Below are positions 61,565 to 64,000 of a stretch of 64,000 nt of DNA, piece after piece (positions within the stretch are counted from its first letter, which is position 1; each line of letters opens with the position of its first letter). Origin of the DNA: Mobula hypostoma. Lineage: Eukaryota. The notes beneath the pieces were generated by a model. That model ran no database searches and was not told where the DNA came from. It saw only the letters and a program-made list of their open reading frames with translations. Location of the stretch: NCBI RefSeq assembly GCF_963921235.1, contig NC_086111.1:4092001-4156000 (forward strand), written 5' to 3'. Position numbers and translations under genes: made by a program.

Positions 61565-61875
61565 TATGGGCAGTAGGTAGCATAGCAGTTTGCACAACGT
61601 TTTACAGTGCCAGCTAGAAGATCAGGGGTCAATCTTCTGCCACTGTCTGAGAAGTTTGTACATTCTCCCTGTGACGGTGTGCGTATCCTCTGGGTGCTCT
61701 GGTTTCTTCCCACGTCGTAGAGTTAGGTTAGTAAGCTGTGGGGGTGCTATTTTGGCACCAGACCGTGGAGACACTTGCAAGCTGCTCAGCACACTCCTCA
61801 TTGATTTGATGCAAAGATGCATTTCACTGCACGTTTCAACGTTTTGATGTACCTGTGACCAAATAAAGCTAATCT
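61565..61875 (+). mobile_element. V-SINE/HE1-like SINE (related decayed copies at ~50170-50345 and ~60480-60600, minus)
   Basis: Core GTTTGTACATTCTCCCTGTGAC..GGGTGCTCTGGTTTCTTCCCAC. Confidence 0.65.
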
Positions 61876-62765
61876 TGGGTATTTCCAGTGTTTAAAAAAA
61901 ATGTTTCTGTGATTCCCATCCGCATTAATCAGTTTTCTCTAAAGTATATCTTGGCAGTAGCGGCTTAGCTAAAATGCTTCCTCTATACTACTTCTGTTGT
62001 ATACAGGTAACCCAATGAGGCAACATTATTGATGGAGAAACTCAGTAATTTTAGCCTGGGGGTTATGCCTAAATCAAAATCAGGTTTAATATCACTGGTA
62101 GATGCGGTGAAATTTGTTGTTTTACGGCAGCGGTACATTGCAATACATAAAACAAAACTATACATTACAATAAGAAGTGTGGAAAAAAATAGTGAGGTAG
62201 TGTTCATGGGTTCATTGTCCATTCAGAAATCTGATGATGGAGGGGAAGAAGCTGTTCCTAAAACCCTGAGTGTGTGTTTTCAGGATCCTGTACTTCCTCT
62301 CTGGTGGTAGTACTGAGGAGAGGGCATGTCCTGGGTGATGTGGATCCTTAGTGATGGTTGCCACCTTTTTCAGCCATCGCCTTCTGAAGGCGTCCTGGAT
62401 GTTGGGGAGGCTAGTGCCTCTGATGGACCTGGCTCAGTTTGCAACTTGCTGGCTTTGTCCAATCCTGTGCAATGGCCTGTCCATACCATATCATTCCTGT
62501 TGCTACATGGTGGTGCTTTACTCCTTGACATATTTGATACTTCTCCCTTGAGTAGCAAAGTATAATCTTTAACGAGAGTGAGGATTTGTTTCACCACTTT
62601 GTAACTGTTATTTCTGTACTTTCCCACAAATGCCTTCATTGGTAATTTTGCATGTGGCATCCTTGTTTTTAATTATCCTTTGTATAGTTATTTGTAAATA
62701 CCACGTTTTCAGTTTTGAGCAGGTTGAAATTTGTACCCATTATGGTTTCATATTGTTAATTTTAG

Positions 62766-62861
62766 GCAGACGAGATTGAAAAGATTCTTTGTCACAAATT
62801 CATGAGGTTTATGATGATGCGAGCGGAGAATTTCTTCATCCTCCGGAGAAAAGCTGTTGAG
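62766..62861 (+). CDS. ARPC4: ARPC4 exon 4
   Basis: [32 protein letters not shown]; 96 nt. Confidence 0.96.
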
Positions 62862-63865
62862 GTAATCATACTACCTGGAATTTGCTATTTGGTTTCATTT
62901 CATTGGTGCAAGTGATTGTAAAAACAGGTGATGACTGAGAAACAGTAGTTACTCTGTTTGTGGCATTTCTTTAACTTTGAGTTCTTTATCCACCACTCAA
63001 ACTCTAATTCCTTTCTATAAGCAGTTCAAGAAGTTGATACACATTGCATTCTGCTGCTGTGTTCATCACAGGAAGTGTTCAGCTGCTTGAAAATATACAG
63101 AGTTTAACCTGAACATCGTGTATGAATGTTATCTATCTCATCACAAGTATCTCCTTTCCTTTACAATCATACTCTGTCCTGTGAAGGAAACTTACTTCCA
63201 TTTATGTTGAAGAACTTCCAGCAGCTTTTTGATGTGGGTGGCTTTCTTAATGAGAAAATAGGAGGCACTTATCTCTAGTCTTCTGTATCCAGTGATCAGC
63301 AAACAATCTGAATGTAGTTCATGCCATCATCTTTATCCTGGCACTGAAAGCATATGAAATTTGAAACTGAAGGACTGAAAATCTCAGGTAGCAGAATCTG
63401 AGCTGTGTAGCAGATTCAGATTCAGAATCAGAATCAGACTTATTATCCAAGTTAGAGATCACAGCATCACCAGATGCTGCAGGATTTGCACACCTCTAGT
63501 TTTATTCTCCCTTTAGCATCGTACATAAAAGGCAGTGAGCTCCTCTGAAATGATAAACCATTTTGCAGTGTGTCTTTACTGACAATGTGATTGAAAGGAC
63601 TACATGGTGCAATGAGTCGGCAGCTACCTTTTAATCTCTAGGAAATGGATTTGAGCCACTCTTGTACAAATTCATCAAGAGCTCTAATAAGAAAGTATAA
63701 TGGTTACCATAGTTTTGATAGGAAGTATCTAGAACTCCAGTTTATATCTGGTGAATGGATTATATGCAAATACTTGGAGAAATTTTTCCTACCATCTCGA
63801 TTTGCTCGCTAGCTAACAATGTCAGCGACTACACTAAATGAAACTCCTGTTTCCTCTCTTGGCAG

Positions 63866-64000
63866 GGCTACGATATCAGCTTCCTGATCACCAACTTCCA
63901 CACTGAACAAATGTACAAACACAAGTTGGTTGATTTTGTCATCCACTTCATGGAGGAGATTGATAAAGAAGTCAGTGAAATGAAACTGTCATTAAATGCC
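63866..64000 (+). CDS. ARPC4: ARPC4 exon 5 (runs off the window)
   Basis: [45 protein letters not shown]; acceptor ggcag. Confidence 0.96.

Overview
Vertebrate genomic DNA, most likely a cartilaginous fish (ray/shark; inferred from the repeat content, not verified). It carries the CAMK1(-) / TADA3(-) / ARPC4(+) gene order also seen at human 3p25. Visible genes: the promoter and first two exons of CAMK1 (~7.1-7.75 kb); a complete TADA3 coding sequence (8 coding exons, 1293 nt, 430 aa, 49712 to 30342); and ARPC4 exons 1-5 (55928 to window end), sharing a CpG-island bidirectional promoter with TADA3. Between CAMK1 and TADA3 lie three tRNA-Pro(TGG) genes, one a U3.G70 acceptor-stem variant, preceded by an orphan Pol II-type promoter. 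Much of the rest is transposon-derived: CR1, Rex1/Babar-like and RTE LINEs, Penelope-like elements, a Gypsy LTR element, Tc1, Tigger and Harbinger elements, and SINEs, including a five-level nested insertion at 9.3-19.9 kb. The most notable signal is about 15 copies of a minimal type-I hammerhead ribozyme motif in the Penelope terminal repeat. Several sit in TSD-flanked fold-back insertions, and one near-intact copy lies on the sense strand of a TADA3 intron. No database searches were run; family names come from recognised motifs.
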